DNA of 64,000 nt from Candidatus Uhrbacteria bacterium (GTDB lineage: Bacteria; Patescibacteriota; Patescibacteriia; UBA9934; GWF2-40-263): assembly GCA_016844925.1 (NCBI GenBank), contig JAERTI010000038.1:130936-194935 (forward strand), written 5' to 3'. This document shows positions 9,997 to 20,100 of the stretch, piece by piece (the first letter of the stretch is position 1; every line of letters starts with the position of its first letter). The notes under the pieces were generated by a model. It was not told the origin of the DNA. It did no database searches and saw only the letters and a list, made by a program, of their open reading frames with translations. Position numbers and translations under genes: made by a program.

Positions 9997-10611
9997 ATGG
10001 AACTGTTTGTTGAAGAAGAACAATTTGAGCTCGAGCCAGATGTTGAGGAGCACGCCAACGTCATGGAGGTTGGTAATGAGCGAGATCGACTTGCTGTGCA
10101 GATGCTTAAGCAGGTGAGAGATTCTATTACGCACGTCATTCACTTACTCGAAGAAGGAGATACGGCAAGGGCCACTCGCCACATGGTTGATTTTGTCTCG
10201 AGGCGTAAGGCGGTTGAAGGAGAGTTGGAGATGACGACGGGATCGCGTGTGCTTGAAGGAGTCTTCGATGGACAGTCGATGGTTGGTGGTGATGGAGCAC
10301 GCTATGCGGTGCCGGAGAACTACGCTTCCAAGTCGAAGTTGGTTGAAGGGGACATGCTCAAGCTGCTAATCAAGCCCGATGGAGGTTATTTGTACAAGCA
10401 GATTGGGCCTGTGGAGCGTACGCGTATCGCAGGGAAACTTTCGATTGATTCATCCACACAAGAGCCAGTTGTTGTCTGTGGTGATGACGTGTATAAAGTG
10501 CTTGCAGCAAGCGTCTCTTACTTTAAGGGGATCCCTGGCGATGAGGTGGTTGTGGTTGTGCCAGCGGGTGGAAAATGTGTTTGGGCTGCCGTTGAAAAAG
10601 TACATAATTAG
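9997..10611 (+). CDS. Conserved hypothetical protein
   Basis: Coding-like ORF in operon context; EGVFDG..M, VPENYASKSKLVEGD. Confidence 0.7.
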   Translation: MELFVEEEQFELEPDVEEHANVMEVGNERDRLAVQMLKQVRDSITHVIHLLEEGDTARATRHMVDFVSRRKAVEGELEMTTGSRVLEGVFDGQSMVGGDGARYAVPENYASKSKLVEGDMLKLLIKPDGGYLYKQIGPVERTRIAGKLSIDSSTQEPVVVCGDDVYKVLAASVSYFKGIPGDEVVVVVPAGGKCVWAAVEKVHN

Positions 10612-10635
10612 CATGGGGGAATAGATGAAGGCATT

Positions 10636-12186
10636 ATGAGCAAAGCGATCTATCGCACCTACAGACCATCGACATTTAAGGAGGTGAGCGGGCAAGAGCA
10701 TGTGGTTCGGACGATTCAGAACCAACATGCCAGTGAGTCCTTGGCTCACGCTTATTTGTTTACTGGGCCACGTGGGGTAGGGAAGACTACTACCGCTCGT
10801 TTGATTGCCAAGTTGGTGAACTGTGAGAAACCAGAGGGCAATGAGCCTTGCAACAGCTGTGGTCCTTGTGAGCAAGTGAATGCAGGTCAGGCCTTGGACG
10901 TCTATGAGATCGATGCAGCGTCTCATACCGGTGTCGATAATGTTCGTGAGACGATTATTGATTCTGTGCGATTTGCGCCGAACCAGTTGAAGCGAAAGGT
11001 GTATATCATCGACGAGGTGCACATGCTCTCCACGTCTGCTTTCAATGCGCTTTTGAAGACACTTGAAGAGCCGCCGGCTCATGCCATGTTTATTTTGGCG
11101 ACAACAGAGATTCACAAAGTGCCTGAGACAATCATTAGTCGCTGCCAGCGTTTCGATTTCAAGCGTATCCCTCAAGGAGAGCTGATCGAACGCATGGAGA
11201 AGATTTTAAAAGAGGAGAAGGTAAAGGTGGCAACGGACGTCCTTGAAGAGATTGCCCGTCATAGCGGTGGATGTGCGCGTGATGCAGAGAGCTTGCTTGG
11301 TCAGGTATTGGCGCTCGGTGAGAAGAACATTGGTATGGAGGAAGCGTCGCTGGTATTGCCAGCTACGCAAAAGGTGCTCATTGAAGAATTTGTCTCAGCC
11401 CTTACTGACCGTGAGGCAAAGAAGGCCATCGAACTATTGAACACATATCTTGAACAGGGAGTAGACCTCCGTCACTTCGTTCAGGATGTGATTCGATATC
11501 TTCGCGATCAGCTCTTGGAAGACATTTCTGCTGGGAATGTCCAGAGTGCGGGTGCGCTACAGGAGACTATCGTGGCGCTTCTTGAAGCACAGCGATCTAT
11601 ACGAGGAGAGCATATCCCGCAGCTTCCGATTGAATTAGCCATTGTGCGTCTGTGTGGTGCGGCAGTGAAACCAGTTGTCACTCAGCAGGTTAAAGAGGTG
11701 GTTTCTCCGCCTACACCGACGGCAACTACGCCTCCGCCGCCAGCACCAGCTCCAGCTCCAGAACCAAAACCTGAGCCAAAGGATGTAGATAAACCCGCGC
11801 CAGCGGATTTTGAGAAGCAGGAGGTTGCTTCGGTGCGTTCCGATGAAACCGTGTTCGATACAGTTCCAGTGATCAGTTTAGATGACGTGAAAAACAAGTG
11901 GCCTCAAGTGTACGATCAAATCAAGTCGTGTAACGCCTCACTGCCGCTGATGATGAAAGAATGTGAGGTTAGTGGAATTGACGGAGAGCGACTGGAGCTT
12001 GGTTTTGAGTACGATCTGTATGTACAGACAGTAAATCAAGAAAAGAATCGAACGATGATTGAGGGGATCCTCGAACAGGTGCTTGGAAAGCGTATGAAGA
12101 TTAAGGCGGTGTCATCTAAGGGGGGCGCCAATCAGGATGACACGGTGAACACGTTACTTCAGGAGTTTGGTGGAAGTGTTGTTTAA
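10636..12186 (+). CDS. dnaX: DNA polymerase III subunit gamma/tau
   Basis: YRTYRP, GPRGVGKTT, zinc-binding Cys cluster, IIDEVHML, SRCQ. Confidence 0.97.
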   Translation: MSKAIYRTYRPSTFKEVSGQEHVVRTIQNQHASESLAHAYLFTGPRGVGKTTTARLIAKLVNCEKPEGNEPCNSCGPCEQVNAGQALDVYEIDAASHTGVDNVRETIIDSVRFAPNQLKRKVYIIDEVHMLSTSAFNALLKTLEEPPAHAMFILATTEIHKVPETIISRCQRFDFKRIPQGELIERMEKILKEEKVKVATDVLEEIARHSGGCARDAESLLGQVLALGEKNIGMEEASLVLPATQKVLIEEFVSALTDREAKKAIELLNTYLEQGVDLRHFVQDVIRYLRDQLLEDISAGNVQSAGALQETIVALLEAQRSIRGEHIPQLPIELAIVRLCGAAVKPVVTQQVKEVVSPPTPTATTPPPPAPAPAPEPKPEPKDVDKPAPADFEKQEVASVRSDETVFDTVPVISLDDVKNKWPQVYDQIKSCNASLPLMMKECEVSGIDGERLELGFEYDLYVQTVNQEKNRTMIEGILEQVLGKRMKIKAVSSKGGANQDDTVNTLLQEFGGSVV

Positions 12187-12209
12187 AAAAAGGCGCCCGC
12201 AAGGATCCG

Positions 12210-12238
12210 TTGACGCTCGAATTCGCTCATGTTATCCT
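12210..12238 (+). promoter_or_regulatory. sigma70 promoter for tRNA-Gln
   Basis: TTGACG-17 nt-TATCCT with extended TG. Confidence 0.7.
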
Positions 12239-12393
12239 GCTGGCGCAACGATTCGAATAGCCTATTGTGTCTGGTCGTTTTGTGCACATTCCCGGAAGTG
12301 ACAGCTGACGATACAGTCACATCCGGTCGTTCCGTTCGGCAGTGAAGAAAGAGCTGGCACCATGACAGCTTTTTCTTCACTGCCTCACTACAC

Positions 12394-12467
12394 TCCCGGA
12401 TCGTCTAATGGCAGGACGAGTGGTTCTGGTCCACTAAATCGGGGTTCGAATCCCTGTCCGGGAACCA
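12394..12467 (+). tRNA. tRNA-Gln(CUG)
   Basis: Acceptor TCCCGGA/TCCGGGA, anticodon arm AGTGG-TTCTGGT-CCACT, T loop GGTTCGAATCC, encoded CCA. Confidence 0.96.
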
Positions 12468-12472
12468 AGAAA
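12442..12472 (+). repeat. att site (left copy) gggttcgaatccctgtccgggaaccaagaaa
   Basis: Identical to 21787-21817. Confidence 0.93.
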
Positions 12473-12518
12473 GAACTGATGTAGTAGCATCGGTTTTTTC
12501 TTTTGCCCTAGTCATAAA

Positions 12519-13667
12519 CTAGGCTTCGAACGCATTATCTGAACCAGAACGTGGAGCATAGACATTTTGTGATGTGTCCGTATTGTGTCCAAAGGTGACC
12601 CATTCGCACTCTAATGTCATCACGGCTTGTCGCGCTGTTTCGTCTGCCACATGAGCATATCGTTCCGTCATTTTAATGGAACTGTGACCCATGAGCTTCT
12701 GCACCACACGCGTCGGAATCCCTTTTGCTGTTAGATCGGTCCCAAAGGTGTGGCGCAGTGTGTGCCAGCCAATTTTTCGCAACCCAACACGCTTGCAAGT
12801 ACGTGCCAATGCCTCTGACGACGCAGATCGACTCAAGGCCCCGCCATTTGCAGGACTTGTAAACACGAGCGACCCGTTATTAACGAGTTGCCACGTCGTT
12901 AGCGCTTGGTGTAGCGACGGTGTCATGTGGGCATATCGCACCTGATTGGTTTTAGTAGACTCAATCTTCTTGCCGGCTTTGTTTCGCCGAATACAGATAT
13001 GACCAGTTTCCAAATCAACGTCTTCCCAATGCAGAGCTAGTAGCTCCCCAATGCGCATTCCTGTGCGTACTGCCATAAGAGCCATGAGATTCCACCTCGG
13101 TTCTTTCTCGTCTGAAAGCAGCTTCTTGATCTCACTCTCTTTGAGGAAGTCAATCTTCGGCGCCTGCGATTTCAACCATTGCACGCTGGGAAGTTTCTTA
13201 ATATAGCCCCACTCATGTGCGCATTTAAGAACCTTGTTTAGAACGCTCAAATGATTATTGATCGTCTTGGCACCAATAGGCTTGCCGCGGAACGTCTTAC
13301 TTTTCTGACCACCCTTGAATCGCTCGATGGTTTGCGTAGTAACATCTCCTAACTTCAATTTCCCGAAGAATGGCACAAGGTGATTGTTTAGGATTGCCGC
13401 CTTACGCTTCACCTCTGATGACTTGTTATTCGTCCGTACATACGTTTCTGTCCACTCAGTCGCAAAGTCAACAAAGAGCGTGTCGCTTTTGTCTTCTTCT
13501 GGTTTCTTCGCGTAGGGCGACCCTGTGCGTAGATAGTTTTCCGTCATGATGCGCTCGATCGCTAGCGCACCCTTCTTGGTTCCATCCGGCGAAACTTTAC
13601 GAAACCTATCGCGTCCAAGACGTATGTCGGCATGCCATTTTCCTCGAATGATATTTGCCATACTCAT
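12519..13667 (-). CDS. Tyrosine recombinase/integrase
   Basis: TGMRIGEL (R), STKT (K), HTLRHT (HxxR), MGH, TERYAH (Y). Confidence 0.96.
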   Translation of the reverse strand: MSMANIIRGKWHADIRLGRDRFRKVSPDGTKKGALAIERIMTENYLRTGSPYAKKPEEDKSDTLFVDFATEWTETYVRTNNKSSEVKRKAAILNNHLVPFFGKLKLGDVTTQTIERFKGGQKSKTFRGKPIGAKTINNHLSVLNKVLKCAHEWGYIKKLPSVQWLKSQAPKIDFLKESEIKKLLSDEKEPRWNLMALMAVRTGMRIGELLALHWEDVDLETGHICIRRNKAGKKIESTKTNQVRYAHMTPSLHQALTTWQLVNNGSLVFTSPANGGALSRSASSEALARTCKRVGLRKIGWHTLRHTFGTDLTAKGIPTRVVQKLMGHSSIKMTERYAHVADETARQAVMTLECEWVTFGHNTDTSQNVYAPRSGSDNAFEA

Positions 13668-13879
13668 ACTTCTGTTATCGCTTCAAAGCTCGATTCATCC
13701 AAGAATCGTGCCACGTCCGATTCACGGATCCTCAAAAGGCCACGGATCTTGCAGAACCGAATCTGTCTGTCATCTATCATCCGGTAGACAGTCTGCCGTG
13801 AAACCCCTAGAAGTTTTGCCACAGCTATCGGATCCAGTAATCGTTCGATGACGCTAGATTGTTGCCTTGAAGCGTCCAT
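13664..13879 (-). CDS. Excisionase-like HTH DNA-binding protein
   Basis: LLDPIAVAKLLGVSRQTVYRMI..RI; overlaps integrase start. Confidence 0.85.
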   Translation of the reverse strand: MDASRQQSSVIERLLDPIAVAKLLGVSRQTVYRMIDDRQIRFCKIRGLLRIRESDVARFLDESSFEAITEV

Positions 13880-13964
13880 ATTTAATTGTGAATGAGCAGG
13901 TCCGAGTGAAAGTATGTTGGTATGCCATACCTTCATTGGGCTACTCAATTATGCGGTCAGTTTG

Positions 13965-14507
13965 CTAATTTTCAAAATGATTTAGGTTTCTGAAGTTGGG
14001 AGCTAGTCGCTGTTGTCGTTGTAGGAGTCTCCGATAGCGTTTCGTTGGTCGCCCGTGCCAGTATTTGATCCTCAGACTTTCAATGATGTGCAACACACGG
14101 TCATAAGTACAAAATCCTTCAAAGGCTCCGACCAGTCCGCTGCGTGGTAGACGCTGTGAGCGATATGCAAGGCCGTAACACTCTCTGCATCCAAAGTACT
14201 CTCCTACGAGATACAGAACGGCACAGCGGCGCTTACACGGCCTTCCTCTAATGACAAGTGGGCAAATGAACCAGTAGCGCTGGCCGCCAAAGAAACAAGG
14301 GGTTGATGTGAGTTTAACTGGATAGTTCTGTGGTCCATGCCGAAACCTTGCATGTCCGTTGTTTGCATCAACAGATACTTTTGCCTCCAGTCCCTGTGAC
14401 CATCGGATACCACCACTCTTTGCTACTGGTTCGAAGTATCCATACTCACGTAGGTCAAATACACTCAGGTTTTCATGTCTTTCGCAGTCTGGTCGGTGCA
14501 TACTCAT
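13965..14507 (-). CDS. Hypothetical Cys-rich (putative Zn-binding) basic protein
   Basis: FGGQRYWFICP..CKRRCAVLY..FGCRECYGLAYRSQ. Confidence 0.8.
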   Translation of the reverse strand: MSMHRPDCERHENLSVFDLREYGYFEPVAKSGGIRWSQGLEAKVSVDANNGHARFRHGPQNYPVKLTSTPCFFGGQRYWFICPLVIRGRPCKRRCAVLYLVGEYFGCRECYGLAYRSQRLPRSGLVGAFEGFCTYDRVLHIIESLRIKYWHGRPTKRYRRLLQRQQRLAPNFRNLNHFEN

Positions 14508-14527
14508 TTGCCGAAATCAATAGGAGT

Positions 14528-14797
14528 TCATCTTGTCCTGTGATAATGCTTACATCGCTCTTCATAGCTGAAACATTCTTTTGGAATCCATGCGCGATAG
14601 CCACATTCATGGATACAAGACTCACGAATCGCCTTCTTTCGAATTGTTAAAAACAATCCTTCCTTGTAGCACCATGGACATCGTTGCTTAGTTGATTTAT
14701 TGCGTTTGAAACGAGATTTCTTTTCAAAAGACTTGTTTATCCCTCCTGTGTTGGGGGATTTGTTACTGAGTTGCTTTGTAGAGTTGTTTGTAGACAT
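14528..14797 (-). CDS. Small basic Zn-ribbon-like protein
   Basis: CPWC...CIHEC; co-oriented with the xis/int operon. Confidence 0.5.
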   Translation of the reverse strand: MSTNNSTKQLSNKSPNTGGINKSFEKKSRFKRNKSTKQRCPWCYKEGLFLTIRKKAIRESCIHECGYRAWIPKECFSYEERCKHYHRTR

Positions 14798-15101
14798 AGA
14801 ATTAAACCCGAAGTATAGAAAAGCGGTTGCAACAGGATGTCTCACCTATAATCGGATGTTGGGCTATGGCTGCAAGCTCAACTCGTTGTAGAAGATGTCC
14901 CCAAAAGGGGTATCGAGCAGTTTTGCGACATAACGAATACTTGGTCGAACAAAAATCTCCACACCTATTTCGTAGCCCTGTGCCAAGCCACAAAAGAGAT
15001 GCAGAGATCTTTGGCACAGACCCTATTGAAACAAAAAACTATCGTACTGAAACGATAGCATCGCTTTCGGGGGTTTAGTGACAACAGGATTGATCCTGCT
15101 G

Positions 15102-15788
15102 TCACTCAGTCCTTTGGGCTTTCTTAACTTCTTTTTGAAATCGATAGATCATTCTTTTAATCCGTAGTGTCTCTCGTATGAATTCTTCATCTGTTGCATC
15201 ACTAGACACTTCCACCAACTGTGAAAACATGGGTTTCACTTCGTTGCCATCTGCATCAATCATCGTTTTTAACGATTTCCACTTGCAGTAGTAGCGATAA
15301 GCCTCCCCTAAATCTTCCTTGCTAGTAATAGGTTCCATCCAGTCCGAATCAGAGAGTTTTGACATGATCCTGCCAACAACTAGGTATGTATCATTCCAAT
15401 TCTTTTTTGAAACAGGTCCATGAAGTTTAACCGTAACGGTATCGGGTTCTTTAGGTTTTTGAATCACGCGAATGTTACTTGGTGCCGCAATGATTTGATC
15501 ACCAAATTTTACAATCTCCTCTACTGCGCCCCTGAATTGTTCTCCCAACATGTTTTTCTTCATAAAAGACCCAATAGCATCTTTCCAGCCATTAAGACGG
15601 TCAGAAGATTCGCATAGCCAAGTAGTCCATGATTCGATGGCTTCAAGGTCTCGTCTGAGCAGATCACTTGGTATACCAAATTTACGACGCAGCCTATTCA
15701 GGTCCTCGATAGCCCGGTCAGAAGCAAGTAAAATATAAAGTTTATTCCTGTTAATCCGTTTGTCCGCTGGCACAGATTTTTTAGTCAT
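15102..15788 (-). CDS. Hypothetical protein (possible regulator)
   Basis: 228-aa ORF, divergent from cargo. Confidence 0.7.
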   Translation of the reverse strand: MTKKSVPADKRINRNKLYILLASDRAIEDLNRLRRKFGIPSDLLRRDLEAIESWTTWLCESSDRLNGWKDAIGSFMKKNMLGEQFRGAVEEIVKFGDQIIAAPSNIRVIQKPKEPDTVTVKLHGPVSKKNWNDTYLVVGRIMSKLSDSDWMEPITSKEDLGEAYRYYCKWKSLKTMIDADGNEVKPMFSQLVEVSSDATDEEFIRETLRIKRMIYRFQKEVKKAQRTE

Positions 15789-16042
15789 ACTTGTGACAAC
15801 TTAACACAAAGAGATTGATTTTTCAGCAAAATACGGTAGACTGAGTTCACAATTGCCTAAACTCACATTCGTGAGCATGGCACTTAAATCACACGCAAAC
15901 AGAGACGGTCTCGTGGCCGGCACTCATTTGCGTGTGTCCATTCCCGAAAGGGTCTGGGGCGAGCTTCCGAAAGGTTGCCGTCGTCGGTTCACGGGACCTT
16001 TTGTGTTACGTGAATCTCTAATTCAAAAACACACACAAAACT

Positions 16043-16555
16043 ATGTCTGATACAAAAAAGTCCATTTACAAAAAATGGTGGTTCTGGCTTCTAACCGTTT
16101 TCATCTTCTTCATGTTTATCGGAGCGTTTGGCTCTGGACCGGTGGAAACCATCGATACACCGGCAACGGATACGGTACAAGATGATGAGTCGGTAGCGAT
16201 TATCGACACACCACGCATTCTTAGTATGACGATCGACGAGGTCCGCGATGAGCTAGGTATGCCATTGGAAGACTCCTTCATTGACCCGACCTCCGAACAA
16301 ATCTATGACGAATCCATGACATGGATGAATGAATATGAGATTAGCGATTATATGTTCGTCATTGAATGGAATGCGACCTCTAGGAACGTCACAGGCGTGT
16401 TTGTCGCAACAGATGATCCAAGTGGTGCAACCAAGGATTGGGAGGTACTCGTACCGCTTCTAGGACTCCCAGAGGACACATCTGACTACCTTATTGATGC
16501 GGTTGAGGTTATATCCGATCCGAGTCAGTATACGGGAGTAAATGTGAGTCGGTAA
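16043..16555 (+). CDS. Membrane-anchored acidic protein with KKSIYKKWWFW N-terminus
   Basis: N-terminal motif plus TM typical of prophage lysogeny-module surface proteins. Confidence 0.75.
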   Translation: MSDTKKSIYKKWWFWLLTVFIFFMFIGAFGSGPVETIDTPATDTVQDDESVAIIDTPRILSMTIDEVRDELGMPLEDSFIDPTSEQIYDESMTWMNEYEISDYMFVIEWNATSRNVTGVFVATDDPSGATKDWEVLVPLLGLPEDTSDYLIDAVEVISDPSQYTGVNVSR

Positions 16556-16624
16556 GCAACACAAAAAACACCTTTATTTTTAGGTGTTTTTTGATTAAAA
16601 TGGACAACGAGATTGTTGATCGGC

Positions 16625-17158
16625 ATGTCATTAGATAAAGATCCAATTTTAGCGGGGCAGCCAAGTATTTCGACCGGTGGTGCGGAGTACGATTTTGTGA
16701 ACCTCTCAGAATCCGTAATCGAAGTTGTGAGTATAAATGTTCAATTGGTATGGGTTATGGGAAGATTTAACAAAAGTACAACCCCAATAAGAGTTATAAA
16801 AAATGCTCAAAACATGTTCCTTAGTGAGGAAATAAAATCACGTGATGAATTTTGGAAGGAGCATTGCGCGGCTTCAATGCGAGAGCTGATGGACAAGCAC
16901 TTTCATCAAAACTGCGCAAGATTTCTCGCCTCCGTACCTAAGAGACAGCACTCGGATGATGCGAGGAAGTTGCATGAAAGATTGAACAAACATAAGGATT
17001 TTCTAAACGATTTTTCTCACTTTAAACATTCTGCGATTGAGCATGCTAAGGTTCTTCTTGGCCGTAACGTAGCGTCATTAGGTGAAGAAGATTTCGATAA
17101 ATTGTGTACCAGCTTCTTGATTGACTTAAGTGACTACTTTAGCTTCAAGAAAAGATAA
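16625..17158 (+). CDS. Small helical protein, HEPN-like / pPIWI-associated-nuclease-like (tentative)
   Basis: HCAASMRELMD and LNDFSH motifs; start uncertain (16625 or 16757). Confidence 0.6.
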   Translation: MSLDKDPILAGQPSISTGGAEYDFVNLSESVIEVVSINVQLVWVMGRFNKSTTPIRVIKNAQNMFLSEEIKSRDEFWKEHCAASMRELMDKHFHQNCARFLASVPKRQHSDDARKLHERLNKHKDFLNDFSHFKHSAIEHAKVLLGRNVASLGEEDFDKLCTSFLIDLSDYFSFKKR

Positions 17159-17160
17159 AT

Positions 17161-20100
17161 ATGGATCAGATTGAGTTGCATAAATTGATAGACTTGATAG
17201 TAAGCAAGCCACCTAGTGATTCTTTAAAAGAAGAATTGACGGCTTTGCTGCAGATTAACGCTGATGCGCGTGTATATTTCTTCGAGAACGTGGATGACCG
17301 ATGGCTGGATTGGCTTTGGAGAAATAATTTTCTCGATGTGCTGAAGGCTGGTGTTGAAAATTCAATTCGATACAGATACAAAACCCCGGAATTATTTTAT
17401 CTATCACGAATTTCTCAAACGTCCCCAGCGCCAGTTGTAGACACCATGCTCCAAGTCGAAATCTCTAAAGAGAATTTTAACCCGGAAGTTGTCGATCAAT
17501 TTTTGCGAATCGCTAGTGAACTTCCAGCGACTGAAATTGCGAGACTTGTCTTGAAAATAAAAGAAGAAAATTGGGTTGAGTTAATGAGTGCATTCAATGA
17601 CTGGGGCTTTGAATACAAAAAGATGTTTGAAGCCTTATCTGATGCGGGAGATCATGAGTCTTTGCTGACATTAGCTGAAGCTGTATTGTCCATTAAAGAC
17701 CAAAAGGCTTATAAAGAAAATTCGGGAGATTATTTTGGCGGAAACCCATTCTACTTCAAGGACTTATCATACTCATCAGTTTTTGCGTGTCTCACCGAAG
17801 TGGCGCACGACAATGTAGAGAAGGCATTGAGTATTGCTTGCAGCGCCCTATCTGCGATAGTCCAACTTGGTGACAGGGCTGGAGAGGATAGTTACTTTGA
17901 ATACAAGGATGGGTTCTATCTGTACGATACGGATTTCTTCAAGCTTGATTTGGTTAAAGAAACGAATAACTCAGATCGTGAGAATGTAAAGTCGTTGGCA
18001 GCGAGTATAAAAAAACTCGTTCAACGTGTATTTGAAAATCGTAATAAAGAGACCTCATCGAACATATTTGAAAAATATATTGAAGCGCTCCCATCCAGCC
18101 CTGCGATGTGGAGGTTGAAACTGTATGTCCTTAGTTTGCACCCAGAGTCCTTAAAAGAAGTTGCCAAAAAATACTTCTCCGCACTTTTTGACTCAATAAA
18201 ATCAAACAAGGGCTACTATGAAATTGCATCGGGCGCAGAATACAAGAAATCTCTCAAGAAGTGTTTTAGGATTTTTGATTCAGAATATCAACGCGACTAT
18301 GTTGCCAATGTCTTTAAATGCTTCTCTAGTAAACGAGATGATGAAAGAGAGGAAGGGTTGTACCAACGTACTGGTTGGGAAATCCTTTCTTCGATTTGTG
18401 ATAGCTTGAATAAAAAAGAACAAGAAGAGTGTGAAAAGGTTTTTGGTAAAAAATGTAATGCCGAGTATGAGCCACAACCGCTCATAGGAAAGATGCGCGG
18501 CGGCATGATTTCGCCACGCGGCCTTATCTCACAAGAAGAATTCGATGCCATTGACGTTGTGGACATTGTTGAAAAATTGAAAGATGAATGGACGCCTGAA
18601 CGTCTTAAGGAATCGAATCATTTTGACAATTTTACAAATCCAGTAAATGCAGAGGGTGTCGGGTCACAAATTCAATCCAGCATAAAAAATCGTCTAACTG
18701 ACTTCGCTCCTCATGCAAGTCTCTTCTTTGAAAGAGGTATCTTAGATGAACATTACACCCAATCTTTTTATAGAGGTATCTGGGAAGCTATTCGTGCAAA
18801 TAAAGAAGAGGCTCGCAGAGTTGACTGGGGTAGCCTAGTGAATGCAATTTTTGACATCGTCCGGTCAGGGGCAGAAAAGCCCTTTGATTTCAGTAAGCGA
18901 GAACGTGAAAGATTTGGCGGGTGGCTTGCTAGTTGGGAGGGTGTCCACAGCATCATTGCAGACGTATTGCAGGAGTTGTTAAGTGAAGTAGATGGTGAAC
19001 CTTTGGTGAACTTTGCTGAAGACAGGAATGAAATTTTCAAAATTCTCTCGTACCTTTTGCAGAATTCCGATCCGAAACCAGAGGATGAAGAATTGGAGAC
19101 GGCGGTGTCTAAGACACGATTGCCGGGCGGGAAGGATGAATACCTTGTTAGTGACCCGTTTAGTATTGCAATAAATTCAGTTCGAGGACGAGCCTATCAA
19201 GCATTGGCTCTGTTTGTGTATCAGGACGGAAAGGGTTTCCTGAAAGATGCTGCCGTAAAAATTGCTGATGATGTGAAAGGTGTGTATGAGCGGCTGTTAA
19301 AAGGAGAGAATACACGAGCTATTATGTTCTTGTTTGGGCATTATCTGCCATCTTTCTATTTTAGAGATAAGGAATGGATTCGTAGCCTCTTGCCATCAAT
19401 CTTTACAACGAATACAGAGAGGTTGTATTTGTACATCGCTGCATGGGAGGGTTATCTTGCGAACAATTTATACGAAGAAATCTTCTTTGAAACAGAATTT
19501 CAAAAACTCTATATGCGAGGGCTTGGAGTGGCCGGAAGTCAAGATCCAAATCGTAAGTATTTCAAAGAACCGGATGAAGGACTAGCAGTTCACCTTGCAC
19601 TAGCTTTCATGGTCTATCATCAGAAATTTGGTTTTGACGATGAGTTGTTTAAAAAGTTTTGGCAGCAAGATGTTGAACAGCAAGTAAAATTTGTCAATTT
19701 CATTGGACGAATGTTTGTATCCGGTGATAACAAACAGGCAAACAAACTCTTAGAAAATGAGCCGCTTGTGAAGCAGCGATTGATCGAATTTTGGGATTGG
19801 GCTATTGCGAACAAAGAAGAGAAGAAATTATTCTCAGGGTTCGGTTATTGGATGAGTCTTGACAAAAATATCTTTGAACCAAAGTGGCTAGCAGAACGGA
19901 TTGCGCAAACTTTGGAAAAAACAAGTGGTGCATTGGATTGGGAATATGGTCTAAGTAAAACCATCATCAAATTAGCCGAGGAAGCACCGGAAGAAACATT
20001 AGCGATAATTAGATTGTATTTATTGGAGGGCGGAGTGCGTAATAAACAACTGAAAATGCCATTTATGCGGTCTGATGAATGGTTTGAGGCGATTGGCATT

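Noticed and set aside
11700-11800. Pro-rich short repeats in dnaX as a possible frameshift or repeat element
   Set aside because: Ordinary flexible linker; no slippery A-run with hairpin seen
12285-12330. Possible SRP RNA next to dnaX (CCGGAAG)
   Set aside because: Lacks the CAGG...GNRA...AGCAG helix-8 internal loop
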